A stretch of DNA of 64,000 nucleotides from an uncultured Spirochaetaceae bacterium (GCA_964458555.1 CAYWJH010000002.1:25021-89020); one strand, 5' to 3'; counted from the first letter of the stretch, positions 19,378 through 28,124 are shown. Notes: generated from the letters alone by a model not told the origin. Translations and numbers: made by a program.

Positions 19378-20445
19378 ATGCGCAACACGCAGACCACACG
19401 CAGCCTGCTCGCCCTCCTCCTCGCCACCGCGCTGGCAGCGGCGGCCGGCGCGGACGACGATCGCGGCCCGGGGGGTCCGCTCGCGGTGGCGCTCTCGTTT
19501 TCCCCGGAATACACGACACCGGTGGTCGACGCGGGAGGCGAGCCCGTCGCGCGCGTCGCAGACCTCAACGGGGACGGCCGGGCGGACGCGGCAGTGCTCA
19601 CGGTAGCCGTAGACCTTGGGGTTCCCACGAGCGCCGAAGCCCTGTCCGACCCGCTGCGGCTGTACGCCGAGCAGTCGTTCGACCCGTTGTTCATCCTGGA
19701 GGTGCACCTTGCGGGACAGGAGGCGATCCTCACGGTGGAGCTGGGCCGTCGGACGGTGTGGACGGAGCTCGAGCTCGTTCCGCTCACCGATGCGTCGGCG
19801 CCGCTCGCTCTCGCCGTCGGCTTTCGCAGCCGATCCGCCTCGACCACCGAGCTCGTGGTCTTTCAGCACGACCACATCTCGCGATTCACCCTCGAGAACA
19901 GCCGCAACGAGCGCGGTCTGATGACGGACGTCACGTCCGACGGCGTCGTCGACATCGTCATCGCGCGTCGCGTGCCCGAAGCCGGTCGGGGATACGAAAC
20001 CTTCCTCGGACTCCACGAGCTGCGTCCGGAGGGATTCGCACGGACCGCGTCGCTTCCGGTCGTGAGGACGGCCAACGCGTTTCTCGACGCCACCGCGGCG
20101 GAGATGGAGCAGGAGGAGTGGGAGTCGCTTCGCAAGCGCGTGGTGGGGTCCGCTGCGAACGGCCTGCTCTGCTCGGCGTTCCGCGGTGTCGCCGACGAAG
20201 ACGAATTCGCCGACACCCGATTCGACTATCCCGAGACCGGAGAGGACATCACCACGGTCGTCTTCCCCCGGCTCGCAGACAACCCGTTTCCCTCGCCCTA
20301 CCTTGGACGCGCCTTTCGGATCGTGTTCCGCGTCGAGTGCTGCGAGGAACCGGCGCGCTTTTTCGAGGCGACCGTCGCGCTCGGCGCCAATCCGTTCGAG
20401 GGCTCGGTGCTCGCTTTCTTGACAGACGACGGAGGCGGGAAGTAG
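19378..20445 (+). CDS. secreted hypothetical protein with FG-GAP-like Asp loops
   Basis: Start at M15 of ORF 19336..20445: MRNTQTTRSLLALLLATALAAAAGA (signal peptide). DLNGDGRADAAV and DVTSDGVVDIVIA loops. Confidence 0.65.
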   Translation: MRNTQTTRSLLALLLATALAAAAGADDDRGPGGPLAVALSFSPEYTTPVVDAGGEPVARVADLNGDGRADAAVLTVAVDLGVPTSAEALSDPLRLYAEQSFDPLFILEVHLAGQEAILTVELGRRTVWTELELVPLTDASAPLALAVGFRSRSASTTELVVFQHDHISRFTLENSRNERGLMTDVTSDGVVDIVIARRVPEAGRGYETFLGLHELRPEGFARTASLPVVRTANAFLDATAAEMEQEEWESLRKRVVGSAANGLLCSAFRGVADEDEFADTRFDYPETGEDITTVVFPRLADNPFPSPYLGRAFRIVFRVECCEEPARFFEATVALGANPFEGSVLAFLTDDGGGK

Positions 20446-20454
20446 CATCCCGGA

Positions 20455-21738
20455 GTGGATCGCTACATCGTTGAAGGAAGCTACCCCGTCCGCGGCCGCA
20501 TCCGCGCGAGCGGCAACAAGAACGCCGCGCTGCCCTGTATCGCCGCGACCCTCCTGACCGACGAGACGGTCGTCCTGAAGAACGTTCCGGACATAGAGGA
20601 TGTCCACGTCATGCTCGAGATCCTCCGCGAGGTCGGCGCCACCGTCGAGCACACGTCCACGCACGGTGAGTGGAAGGTCACGACGCACGACATCCGCAGC
20701 TCCGAGGTCCCGCTCGAGATGGCGAAGAAGATACGCGCATCGATTCTCCTCGCCGGACCGCTGCTCGCTCGGACCGGCCGCGTGCAGCTGCCGCCTCCCG
20801 GCGGCGATGTGATCGGACGCCGCCGCCTCGACACGCACTTCCTCGCGCTGAGCGCGCTGGGAGCCCAGGTGGAGATCGACGGAGTCTTCAACCTGACCGC
20901 GAACAAGCTCGTGGGCGTGGAGATCTTCCTCGACGAGGCGTCGGTCACGGCGACGGAGAACGCGATCATGGCGGCGGTGCTCGCCGAAGGCAGAACGGTC
21001 ATCCAGAACGCCGCGAGCGAGCCGCACGTGCAGGACCTCTGCCGCATGCTCAACGCCATGGGGGCGAAGATCACCGGCATCGGCTCGAACATCCTGACGG
21101 TCAACGGCGTGGCCAAGCTGGGGGGGGCCGAGTTCAAGATCGGGTCCGATTTCATGGAGGTCGGCTCCTTTATCGGCCTCGCGGCGGTGACCCGCGGCGA
21201 GCTCGTGATCGAGGACGCCGCTCCGCAGAACCTCAAGATGGTCCGACTCGCCTTCGCAAAACTGGGGATCCACTGGGAACGCGACGGTGAGGACATCAGG
21301 GTCGCCGCCGGGCAGACGCTTCGCGTCGTGCCCGACATGGGCGGCATGATCCCCAAGATCGACGACGCGCCGTGGCCGGGCTTCCCGCCCGACCTCACGA
21401 GCATCATCACCGTCGTCGCTACGCAGGTCGAGGGAACCGTGCTCATCCACGAGAAGATGTTCGACGCGCGGATGTTCTTCGTCGACAAGCTGATCGGGAT
21501 GGGCGCGCGGATCGTCCTCTGCGACCCGCACCGGGCGGTGGTCAGCGGTCCGTCGCGGTTGTCGGGTAGCGAGATGACCTCGCCCGACGTGCGCGCGGGG
21601 ATGGCCATGGTGATCGCCGCGATCTGCGCCGAGGGGACGAGCGTGATCCACAACGTGTACCAGATCGAGCGCGGCTACGAGGACCTCGTGGGACGCCTGC
21701 GCCAGCTCGGCGCTCAGATCGGCCGGGGCGAAGGCTGA
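20455..21738 (+). CDS. murA: UDP-N-acetylglucosamine 1-carboxyvinyltransferase
   Basis: GTG start; [27 protein letters not shown]...[14 protein letters not shown]...[13 protein letters not shown]...[15 protein letters not shown]. Confidence 0.95.
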   Translation: MDRYIVEGSYPVRGRIRASGNKNAALPCIAATLLTDETVVLKNVPDIEDVHVMLEILREVGATVEHTSTHGEWKVTTHDIRSSEVPLEMAKKIRASILLAGPLLARTGRVQLPPPGGDVIGRRRLDTHFLALSALGAQVEIDGVFNLTANKLVGVEIFLDEASVTATENAIMAAVLAEGRTVIQNAASEPHVQDLCRMLNAMGAKITGIGSNILTVNGVAKLGGAEFKIGSDFMEVGSFIGLAAVTRGELVIEDAAPQNLKMVRLAFAKLGIHWERDGEDIRVAAGQTLRVVPDMGGMIPKIDDAPWPGFPPDLTSIITVVATQVEGTVLIHEKMFDARMFFVDKLIGMGARIVLCDPHRAVVSGPSRLSGSEMTSPDVRAGMAMVIAAICAEGTSVIHNVYQIERGYEDLVGRLRQLGAQIGRGEG

Positions 21739-21807
21739 CCAGGCGGGCCGCCCATCCGACGTGGAGCTCCATCATCCGGTCGTCGGGGCCCCGGTCGGGC
21801 GCGTCGG

Positions 21808-22578
21808 CTACTCCGCGCGGCGCCTGTGCGTCTCCGCTTCGTCTTCGGCCCGGAGCGTCTCGTACGCCGACTGAATCCTCTTGAACGCCTGCTCGGTCGC
21901 CTGCCGCTGCCGCTCGCTGAGCGAGACGGCGGTGTCGGGGTGAAACTGTGCGGCGAGCCGGCGGTACGCGGTGCGGACCTCCTCGTGGCTCGCGTCGCGC
22001 GCGATTCCGAGCACGGCGCACGCCTCGGCGTCGCGGAAGCGCCTGAGAACCAGCTCACGCGCGACGAACCCTTCGTCGATGCCGGCCCTCCGCGCGATCG
22101 CCCGGACCTCCTCGCGCGCGGGCAGCGTGCCGCCTGCCTGGCCAATCGCCTCCCAGACGGCAGCCACGACGCGCTCGCGCTCCTCGAGCGGACACGCCGT
22201 CGTAAGCCGCGCCGCGTACGTGTCGATTCCGCTCCACCCGTGCGACGCTCCGGTGACGAGCATGCGCTCCACGATGCGACGCGCCCAGCGGTCGGGATAG
22301 AACGGCCGCAGATTCGTCGCAAGGGAGGCGACCACCTCCGGATCGATCCGGGAGCGAGCGTGCAGGTAACCGACCAACTCGCCGGCGAGCGCGACCTGCC
22401 GCGGCAGCCAGGCGGGCGCGGCGCCGCCGTCGAGATAAGCCACCGTCGCGCGCTGCGCGCGAAACTCGGTCCAGACGAGATCGACCAGAAAACCGATGAA
22501 CAGCCCGAATACGGCACCGAAGACCCCGCCGGCCAGCCCGACGGCCAACCCGGCGAACGTTCCCCAGTATCGCCTCAT
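21808..22578 (-). CDS. DjlA-like membrane co-chaperone (N-terminal TM, C-terminal J domain)
   Basis: FAGLAVGLAGGVFGAVFGLFIGFLV (TM) ... CAVLGIARDASHEEVRTAYRRLAAQFHPD (J domain with HPD). ATGA overlap with the upstream gene. Confidence 0.8.
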   Translation of the reverse strand: MRRYWGTFAGLAVGLAGGVFGAVFGLFIGFLVDLVWTEFRAQRATVAYLDGGAAPAWLPRQVALAGELVGYLHARSRIDPEVVASLATNLRPFYPDRWARRIVERMLVTGASHGWSGIDTYAARLTTACPLEERERVVAAVWEAIGQAGGTLPAREEVRAIARRAGIDEGFVARELVLRRFRDAEACAVLGIARDASHEEVRTAYRRLAAQFHPDTAVSLSERQRQATEQAFKRIQSAYETLRAEDEAETHRRRAE

Positions 22579-24272
22579 TCGCGCGTGCCCAGCGCGACGT
22601 AGGAGAGCGCGAGGAACAGCAGCAGCGCCTGGAGCACGGTGGTCAGAATCGCGGTCACGGTCACGCTCAGCGACAGGAGCATCGTCGACACGAGAAGCCG
22701 CTGCGCGAACTGGAGCGTGAGATAGAACGGGAGGATGAAAACCGGCGCCAGCGGGATGAGCACGAGCGTAGGAACGGGCGGCAGGTGAAGATAGCGGCTC
22801 CTATACCGCCAACCGAAGCCCATCAGCAGAAGCGAGAGGACGAGGAAGGTGAACGGGGCGACGAGCCGCATGAGGAACTCGGCCTCAACCGGCTCGGGGA
22901 CCAGCCCGTACTCGTCGAGGACGGACACGGTCTGCGAAAGCGCGGCGATGCTCGCCGTCGAGGGCTCGCGCGAGACCGAGCCGAGCAGCCAGAGCTCCTG
23001 CGCAGAAGGTCGTACCTCGATCAGATGCTCGAGCGTGACCGAAGGACTCCCGGCGTGTACCGTCGGACCCATCCCGAGCGCGGGCGACTCCCGGTCGATG
23101 ACGTTCACGACGAAGTGTCCGTTCGTGAGCTTGCCGTACTCGCTGGAAACGTGGAGCGTGCGCGTACCGTCCGGGGCGATCCGTACGAGCTCGATCCTCT
23201 GCCCGTAAACCCCGCGCGCGGTGCGCACCAGCTTACCGATGGCGAGCAACTCGACGAAGTCGGGGCCGGAACGGTTCACGAAGACAACGTCGGGCGCACC
23301 GGGCATTCCCATCGCGGACTCCACCTCGTCGCGGAAGACCGCCATGGATCTGACCTGCTCCTCGGCGGCGCGCAGGTAGCGCTCGACGTCGACGTCCCGG
23401 GGATACTGCCCCGCCATATCCACAAACCGGTAGTACGCGTCAACGTAGTCCCCGCGGGTGAGCGCCGCCTTCGCCGCCTGTTTCGCCTGGAAGACCTCGT
23501 ACTCGGCGCTCTCTTCGTCGTCGGGCGCGAGCGACTCGAGTCTTCCGAGCGATTCCGCCGCGATACGAGCAGCCTCATCGTTACCGGGCTCGAGCGCGCG
23601 AGCGAGCGTGGCCATGTAGTGCGCCGTCGAGAAGTCCTCCTCCTGCAGCGCAGCGGAGGCTCGGTCGACGAGCTCGGCGGCAGTCGCGCTCTCCGGGATC
23701 GCGAACCGCTCCTCGTCTCGCCCGGCTTCGACCCGCATCGCGTCCGCCCTCGCCTCGTCGCGAACCTCGATGAGCAGCTCCTCGACCTCCTCGCTCTCAC
23801 CCACGAGCGCCAGATACTGGTCGAGATCTGAGAGCGCCTTGGTATAGTTCTGGTCGGCGCGTGCCTCGTCGGCGGACCGACGCAGCCCGGTGGCGAGCGT
23901 GGTCGTAAACTCGAGCGATTCGACGCGCGACGCCGCGGCCGGGTACCCGACGAGGTAAGCGGCCGCGAACGCAAGCGTAAGGACGAGCAGGAGGGCAATC
24001 GACCGGCCGAAACGATCGAAGGTCGATCGCGCGGCTCCGGATGACTGCATGGGCACGATCCACCCGAAGACGAGCAGCGTCGCCCACCCCTGCCAGACCG
24101 GAGCGAGCCGCAGGAACTCGGCCCAGGTACGCGCGGTGACCCACGACCACTGGAACTCCGCCAGCACCGTCCTGGTCGTGAACGAGAAAATCGAAACGAG
24201 CAGGAACACTCCGTAGGCGAGCGCGTGGCAGATCACCGACGACGCGAGCAGCTTCTTCCAGGTCTCACCCAT
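22575..24272 (-). CDS. polytopic membrane protein with a central TPR-like soluble domain
   Basis: Start at M16 of ORF 22575..24317 (MGETWKKLL). TM helices at both ends; helical-repeat middle (DQNYTKALSDLDQYLAL, ALTRGDYVDAYYRFVDMAGQYP). No family recognised. Confidence 0.7.
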   Translation of the reverse strand: MGETWKKLLASSVICHALAYGVFLLVSIFSFTTRTVLAEFQWSWVTARTWAEFLRLAPVWQGWATLLVFGWIVPMQSSGAARSTFDRFGRSIALLLVLTLAFAAAYLVGYPAAASRVESLEFTTTLATGLRRSADEARADQNYTKALSDLDQYLALVGESEEVEELLIEVRDEARADAMRVEAGRDEERFAIPESATAAELVDRASAALQEEDFSTAHYMATLARALEPGNDEAARIAAESLGRLESLAPDDEESAEYEVFQAKQAAKAALTRGDYVDAYYRFVDMAGQYPRDVDVERYLRAAEEQVRSMAVFRDEVESAMGMPGAPDVVFVNRSGPDFVELLAIGKLVRTARGVYGQRIELVRIAPDGTRTLHVSSEYGKLTNGHFVVNVIDRESPALGMGPTVHAGSPSVTLEHLIEVRPSAQELWLLGSVSREPSTASIAALSQTVSVLDEYGLVPEPVEAEFLMRLVAPFTFLVLSLLLMGFGWRYRSRYLHLPPVPTLVLIPLAPVFILPFYLTLQFAQRLLVSTMLLSLSVTVTAILTTVLQALLLFLALSYVALGTRE

Positions 24273-25245
24273 GATCGACCTCACGCCTCCACTCCTCGAG
24301 CGAAGGAAGGAACACAAGCCCCGCGAAGAGCCCTACGCCCACCCCCGCGAGCAGGACTGCCGAGGCGAAGGGAAGCGCGCGCGAGTCGAAAGCCGCGATG
24401 AGCACGTCGCGAAGCACCCCGGTGTGTACGGCCGGAACGAGCCAGAACGCGAGCCGCAGCGCGGCGAGGACGAGGACGGCGTTGAACAGCGGCCAGCGCG
24501 TGAGCCGCGCGAGCGTCCACGAGCCGAGCAGATAGACTCCCAGGGCAACGAGGTTGAGGAGACCGGTGACGACTCGATCTCCGGAAAGCGCCAGCAGCCG
24601 CGCGGTAGTCGCGACGTCGTCGACGAGCCCGGCGAGAAGCGCCGGGGCGCGTACCATCGCGGGATACGAGTTGGCGAGGCCGCGCAGATCGATCGACGAC
24701 TCGCCGTCGACTCTGGCCGGACGAGCGCCGGGCGGGAGGTCGAGCTCTCCTGAAGCCGGGTCGATGTCCGCCCGCGGTAGAACCGAGAAGCCGGGGATCC
24801 GCCCCTCCTCGTAGAGCGCAAGCGGAGCGAGCGAAACGCCGTCGCGTTCGAGCGCGTACATTCGCCAGCCGCCGGCGCGGACGAGGCGACGCTCCGGCAC
24901 GACGATGGCCGGATCGAGCGAAGCGGCGTCGGCGGCGCCGGCCATGAATCCGCCGGCCACGAGCGCGGCCGTCCAGACGAGGAAGAGAACGCCGATCGCC
25001 GGCGCGGGCGCCTGCATGCTGCGTACGCCCGAGAAGAGCGCGATCGCGCCGGCGAGGAGGACAGAGGCCGGCCAGGCGAGCGTCAGCGCGTGCAGGAATC
25101 GTCGGATGAACGGCGGCGAGAGACGTGCCCCGGATGGATCAAAGCCGATAACATAGGCATGCGCTACGATCAGCGCGCTCGAGGCGAGCACGATCAGAGC
25201 AAACCAGAACAGGAATCGCACCAGCAGGCGGATTACGGCTTTCAC
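24265..25245 (-). CDS. hypothetical polytopic membrane protein
   Basis: ORF 24265..25281 begins with TTG inside a putative -10. The GTG at 25245 gives MKAVIRLLVRFLFWFALIVLASSALIV. There is an 8-nt overlap with the next gene. The start is uncertain. Confidence 0.6.
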   Translation of the reverse strand: MKAVIRLLVRFLFWFALIVLASSALIVAHAYVIGFDPSGARLSPPFIRRFLHALTLAWPASVLLAGAIALFSGVRSMQAPAPAIGVLFLVWTAALVAGGFMAGAADAASLDPAIVVPERRLVRAGGWRMYALERDGVSLAPLALYEEGRIPGFSVLPRADIDPASGELDLPPGARPARVDGESSIDLRGLANSYPAMVRAPALLAGLVDDVATTARLLALSGDRVVTGLLNLVALGVYLLGSWTLARLTRWPLFNAVLVLAALRLAFWLVPAVHTGVLRDVLIAAFDSRALPFASAVLLAGVGVGLFAGLVFLPSLEEWRREVDHG

Positions 25246-25323
25246 CGGCCAGATCGTAGCATGGCCCCGGTGTCGATGCAATAATCGCAGCGGCCTTCAG
25301 AAAACCTCGCCTTTGCCCACAGG

Positions 25324-25332
25324 TTATCCACA
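25324..25332 (+). promoter_or_regulatory. perfect DnaA-box consensus TTATCCACA
   Basis: ttatccaca read directly at 25324-25332 in the AT-rich intergenic region. Confidence 0.5.
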
Positions 25333-25333
25333 A

Positions 25334-25363
25334 GCTGAAACGCCCCTGCATGGCCGTTTCAGC
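25334..25363. other. hairpin: 9-bp stem gctgaaacg/cgtttcagc with a 12-nt loop
   Basis: Perfect inverted repeat directly adjacent to the first DnaA box. No U-tract on either strand, so it is not a canonical terminator. Confidence 0.5.
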
Positions 25364-25548
25364 GCGTTCACAGGCGAAGCGAAGTTCCTCAAATGTGCCA
25401 AAATCGACCCCGAAACCGGATAACTTGTTTTGATAAAGAGAATTACAGGAATGTCAACTGATTCCGGACGTTTTCTGAAGGTTTCGCCGGGACCAGGGTG
25501 TTAAAACCTGTATAGCGGTTCGCCGGAGACGACCGCGTTTTGCACGAG

Positions 25549-25557
25549 TTATCCACA
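25549..25557 (+). promoter_or_regulatory. perfect DnaA-box consensus TTATCCACA (second copy, same orientation)
   Basis: ttatccaca at 25549-25557. The flanks repeat those of the first box (gTTATCCACAag / gTTATCCACAgg). Confidence 0.5.
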
Positions 25558-25587
25558 GGCAACCTCACACTGCATCACGCGTGCCAA

Positions 25588-26298
25588 CTATCGGCACTCG
25601 AGACGGTATCCACGACCGCGGGAGCAGGAGATCGTGGGCGGTACAGGCCAGGCGGCGGCGGCCAGCGCAAGCCTGGCGCGCAGGCGGGAGAGCTGCATGT
25701 CGACGGCCCTGCTGGTCGGACCGTGGTCCGGGACGACCGCCTGGAGAGCCTCCCGGGGCACCGGGTCGTCACCGGCCCGCGCGAGCATCTCGAGCATTGC
25801 GAGTTGCGCCGGCGAGATATCCACGCGGCGGTCCGGATACTCGCCGTCGGCGGCGATCCAGTACCGTCCCCAGTGCAGGCGGCCGCCGGCGCACCGCAGG
25901 GATACTCGCTCGAGCAAGCGCCGCACGCGATAGCGAAGCTCCTGCGTGGTCCAGGGCTCCGCGAGCACGTCATCGCAGACGTCGTCGCCGAGCGTGTCGA
26001 GCGAAGCAGGTGAACCGTAGAGGAGAACCGGCGGAAGATGCCCTGCTCGGGGCAACGGTGCGTCGTGGTGCGCCGCGACACCCACCGGCCGTATGATCAG
26101 AACGGGGACCTCGTCGGCAGACACCAGAGTACGCGCCTCCCTGTCGTCGAGGCCGCGTACGATCCAGCGGGGTTCAGACTCGAATGCGAGCCGAACGCGC
26201 TCGCGGGTGTAATCATCCACCCCGACGAGCCACAGCTCGGACGTGGGTGGATCAGGATTCTTCTTTGAGCTTGCGCTTGAGCGCCTCGAGCTCTTCAT
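25588..26298 (-). CDS. OmpR/PhoB-type winged-helix regulator with a degenerate receiver domain
   Basis: C-terminus ISPAQLAMLEMLARAGDDPVPREAL...RAVDMQLSRLRARL...RGRGYRL is trans_reg_C-like. In the receiver-like N-terminus the phospho-Asp position reads VLIIRPVG. The ATG lies 47 nt inside the pspA 3' end. Confidence 0.8.
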   Translation of the reverse strand: MKSSRRSSASSKKNPDPPTSELWLVGVDDYTRERVRLAFESEPRWIVRGLDDREARTLVSADEVPVLIIRPVGVAAHHDAPLPRAGHLPPVLLYGSPASLDTLGDDVCDDVLAEPWTTQELRYRVRRLLERVSLRCAGGRLHWGRYWIAADGEYPDRRVDISPAQLAMLEMLARAGDDPVPREALQAVVPDHGPTSRAVDMQLSRLRARLALAAAAWPVPPTISCSRGRGYRLECR

Positions 26299-27070
26299 CG
26301 ACTTCTTCGCCGGAGCCCGCGGCGTCGGAGGACGCGCCGGTGCTTCCGTCGGTACTCCCGGCCGAACCGGCGCCCTCGCCGGACGAGCCGGTCTTGTCCT
26401 CGATCGCCATCTTCTGCTTCAGACCCTCGAGGAGCTGGTCGGTGTTGCCGCCGGCCTCGAGCTGCGCGAACTGCTGCTCGAGGCTCTCGCTCTCCGAGGT
26501 ACCCTCGATCTCGAGCATCGCGTCGTTCTCGGCCTCGATCTGGTCCATCCGCTTGCTCATCTGGTCGAAGGCCTCGAAGGCGGACGTGTCGGCCATGCCG
26601 CCGATCGTCTCGTTGATGCGCTTCTGCGCCTCGGCGCGGCGTGATCGGGCGACGAGCAGGTTCTTCTTGCGCTGCGCCTCTTCGATCTTCTGCTGGAGCC
26701 CTCGCAGAGCGCTCTTGAGCTTCTCGACCGATTCGTGCTGCGCCTCCCACTGCTCCTTGTACTGGGCGGCGGTCTTGTCGAACTCCTGCTTGCGGACGAG
26801 CGCTTCCTTGGCGAGGTCGTCCTTGCCGGCGCGGACGGCGAGCATCGCCTTGCGCTCCCACTCCTGCCCCGCGGCGAGGTTCTCCTTTACCTGGCGCTCG
26901 AGCTTCTTCTCGTCCGCGATCGCGGAGGCGACGCTCTTCTTCGACTCGATGAGCTGCTGGTTCATATCCACGATCAGCTGGTTGAGCATCTTCTCGGGAT
27001 TCTCAGCCTTGCTGATCATATCGTTGAGATTCGATTTTACGACTCGCCTGAAGCGATCAAAGATTCCCAC
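26252..27070 (-). CDS. pspA: PspA/IM30 family protein
   Basis: GTG start (V109 of ORF 26252..27394) preceded by AAGGAGG. (M)GIFDRFRRVVKSNLNDMISKAENPEKMLNQLIVDMNQQL...FDQMSKRMDQIEAE aligns with E. coli PspA from residue 1. Confidence 0.9.
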   Translation of the reverse strand: MGIFDRFRRVVKSNLNDMISKAENPEKMLNQLIVDMNQQLIESKKSVASAIADEKKLERQVKENLAAGQEWERKAMLAVRAGKDDLAKEALVRKQEFDKTAAQYKEQWEAQHESVEKLKSALRGLQQKIEEAQRKKNLLVARSRRAEAQKRINETIGGMADTSAFEAFDQMSKRMDQIEAENDAMLEIEGTSESESLEQQFAQLEAGGNTDQLLEGLKQKMAIEDKTGSSGEGAGSAGSTDGSTGASSDAAGSGEEVDEELEALKRKLKEES

Positions 27071-27081
27071 AGCGGGCCTCC

Positions 27082-27477
27082 TTAGGTCGATTGCCGGTAC
27101 TTCGAAAGCCGGCCGTAGTGCTGCGCAAGAGCCAGCCCCGTCGAATCGAGCGAGGCCTGGAACTCCTCGAGGTCCATCGACGGGAACTCGAGGCTGTCTA
27201 TCAAGATGACACTGTCCGCTTCGATCGCATAGGCTCCGTGGACCATCGCGGCATTCAGCCTCAGAAGCTCCTCGAAGAACTCTTCGCGCTGCTCGGCGGG
27301 GACGTCCATAACCTTCGCCCGAAGCGTCACGAGCTCGTCCTGAACGTACACGACGACCGAGCTGAGGCCGTTCTCTTCGTCGGTGAGCAGCCACATGTTC
27401 TCACCGATTTCCTCGTAGATCAGTTCTAGATTGATAAAGAAGCCTTCCAGCTTCTCCTGTGCTGACGCTGCCATCAC
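27082..27477 (-). CDS. small acidic YbjN/T3SS-chaperone-like protein (PspA-associated)
   Basis: 131 aa: WLLTDEENGLSSVVVYVQDELVTLRAKVMDVP...LLRLNAAMVHGAYAIEADSVILIDSLE. The pattern is typical of YbjN-like folds (recalled, not searched). Its TAA stop overlaps the pspA SD. Confidence 0.7.
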   Translation of the reverse strand: MMAASAQEKLEGFFINLELIYEEIGENMWLLTDEENGLSSVVVYVQDELVTLRAKVMDVPAEQREEFFEELLRLNAAMVHGAYAIEADSVILIDSLEFPSMDLEEFQASLDSTGLALAQHYGRLSKYRQST

Positions 27478-27502
27478 GCGACTCCTGTACAGTGTAAACC
27501 GT

Positions 27503-27521
27503 GTGACGGGAAAACCGTCAC
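27503..27521 (-). other. hairpin gtgacgg-gaaaa-ccgtcac between the STAS gene and the ybjN-like/pspA genes
   Basis: 7-bp perfect stem with a 5-nt loop. The downstream - strand sequence acggtttacac is only weakly U-rich, so this could be a weak terminator or attenuator. Confidence 0.3.
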
Positions 27522-27536
27522 CCGAATCGATCCGGG

Positions 27537-28088
27537 TCAGCCGAGGAAGACCTGTCCGGCCGTGTCGATCGCAAGAATCGTCTTACACTCCGAGCAGCGG
27601 AATCGGCCGGCCTTGGTCGCCTTGAGCTTCTTTCCGCAGATGGGGCACTTGAAGATCTTGGGGAAGACGTCGGACCGCTGGGTCGTGCCGCCCTTGGAGA
27701 AGAACTCGACCGCCTCGTCGAGACTGTCCTTGATGTTGAAGAACTGCGAGAAGCCGAGGAGCTGGAACACCTCGTAGACCTTCGGCTGGATCTCGAGCAG
27801 GACCAGGTCGCCGCCGCGGGGTCGGACCGATTTGAGAAACGCGGTAAACGAACCGATGCCGGTACTCGACACGTAGTTCAGACCGGCGCAGTGGAAGATC
27901 AGCTTCGTGAAGCCCGCCTCGATCGCGCGGTTCACACGCTTCTGAAAGAAGTTGCTGTTGTAGGTGTCGATGTAGCCGGTGAGGAACAGAACAAGACCGC
28001 CCTCGACGTTGTCAATCTGCTGGAGCTTGATCTTTAGGCTGTCATCTTTCTCTTCGTCGAACCCTGCAACAATGTCGTTATTAGCCAT
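27537..28088 (-). CDS. STAS-domain protein (anti-sigma-factor antagonist-like) fused to a C-terminal zinc ribbon
   Basis: LVLFLTGYIDTYNS...LIFHCAGLNYVSSTGIGSF...VYEVFQLLGF is STAS-like; the C-terminus carries CPICGKK...(13)...CSEC. AAGGAGAA SD upstream. Confidence 0.85.
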   Translation of the reverse strand: MANNDIVAGFDEEKDDSLKIKLQQIDNVEGGLVLFLTGYIDTYNSNFFQKRVNRAIEAGFTKLIFHCAGLNYVSSTGIGSFTAFLKSVRPRGGDLVLLEIQPKVYEVFQLLGFSQFFNIKDSLDEAVEFFSKGGTTQRSDVFPKIFKCPICGKKLKATKAGRFRCSECKTILAIDTAGQVFLG

Positions 28089-28124
28089 GGTTCTCCTTCA
28101 GATCCCGCAAACGCGGCCAGTTTT

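Noticed and set aside
25139-25351. Small ORFs overlapping the AT-rich island: 25139..25351(-) and 25090..25284(+).
   Set aside because: There is no SD. They overlap the start of the membrane-protein gene or run through the DnaA box and hairpin, and their composition is atypical for this genome's coding regions.
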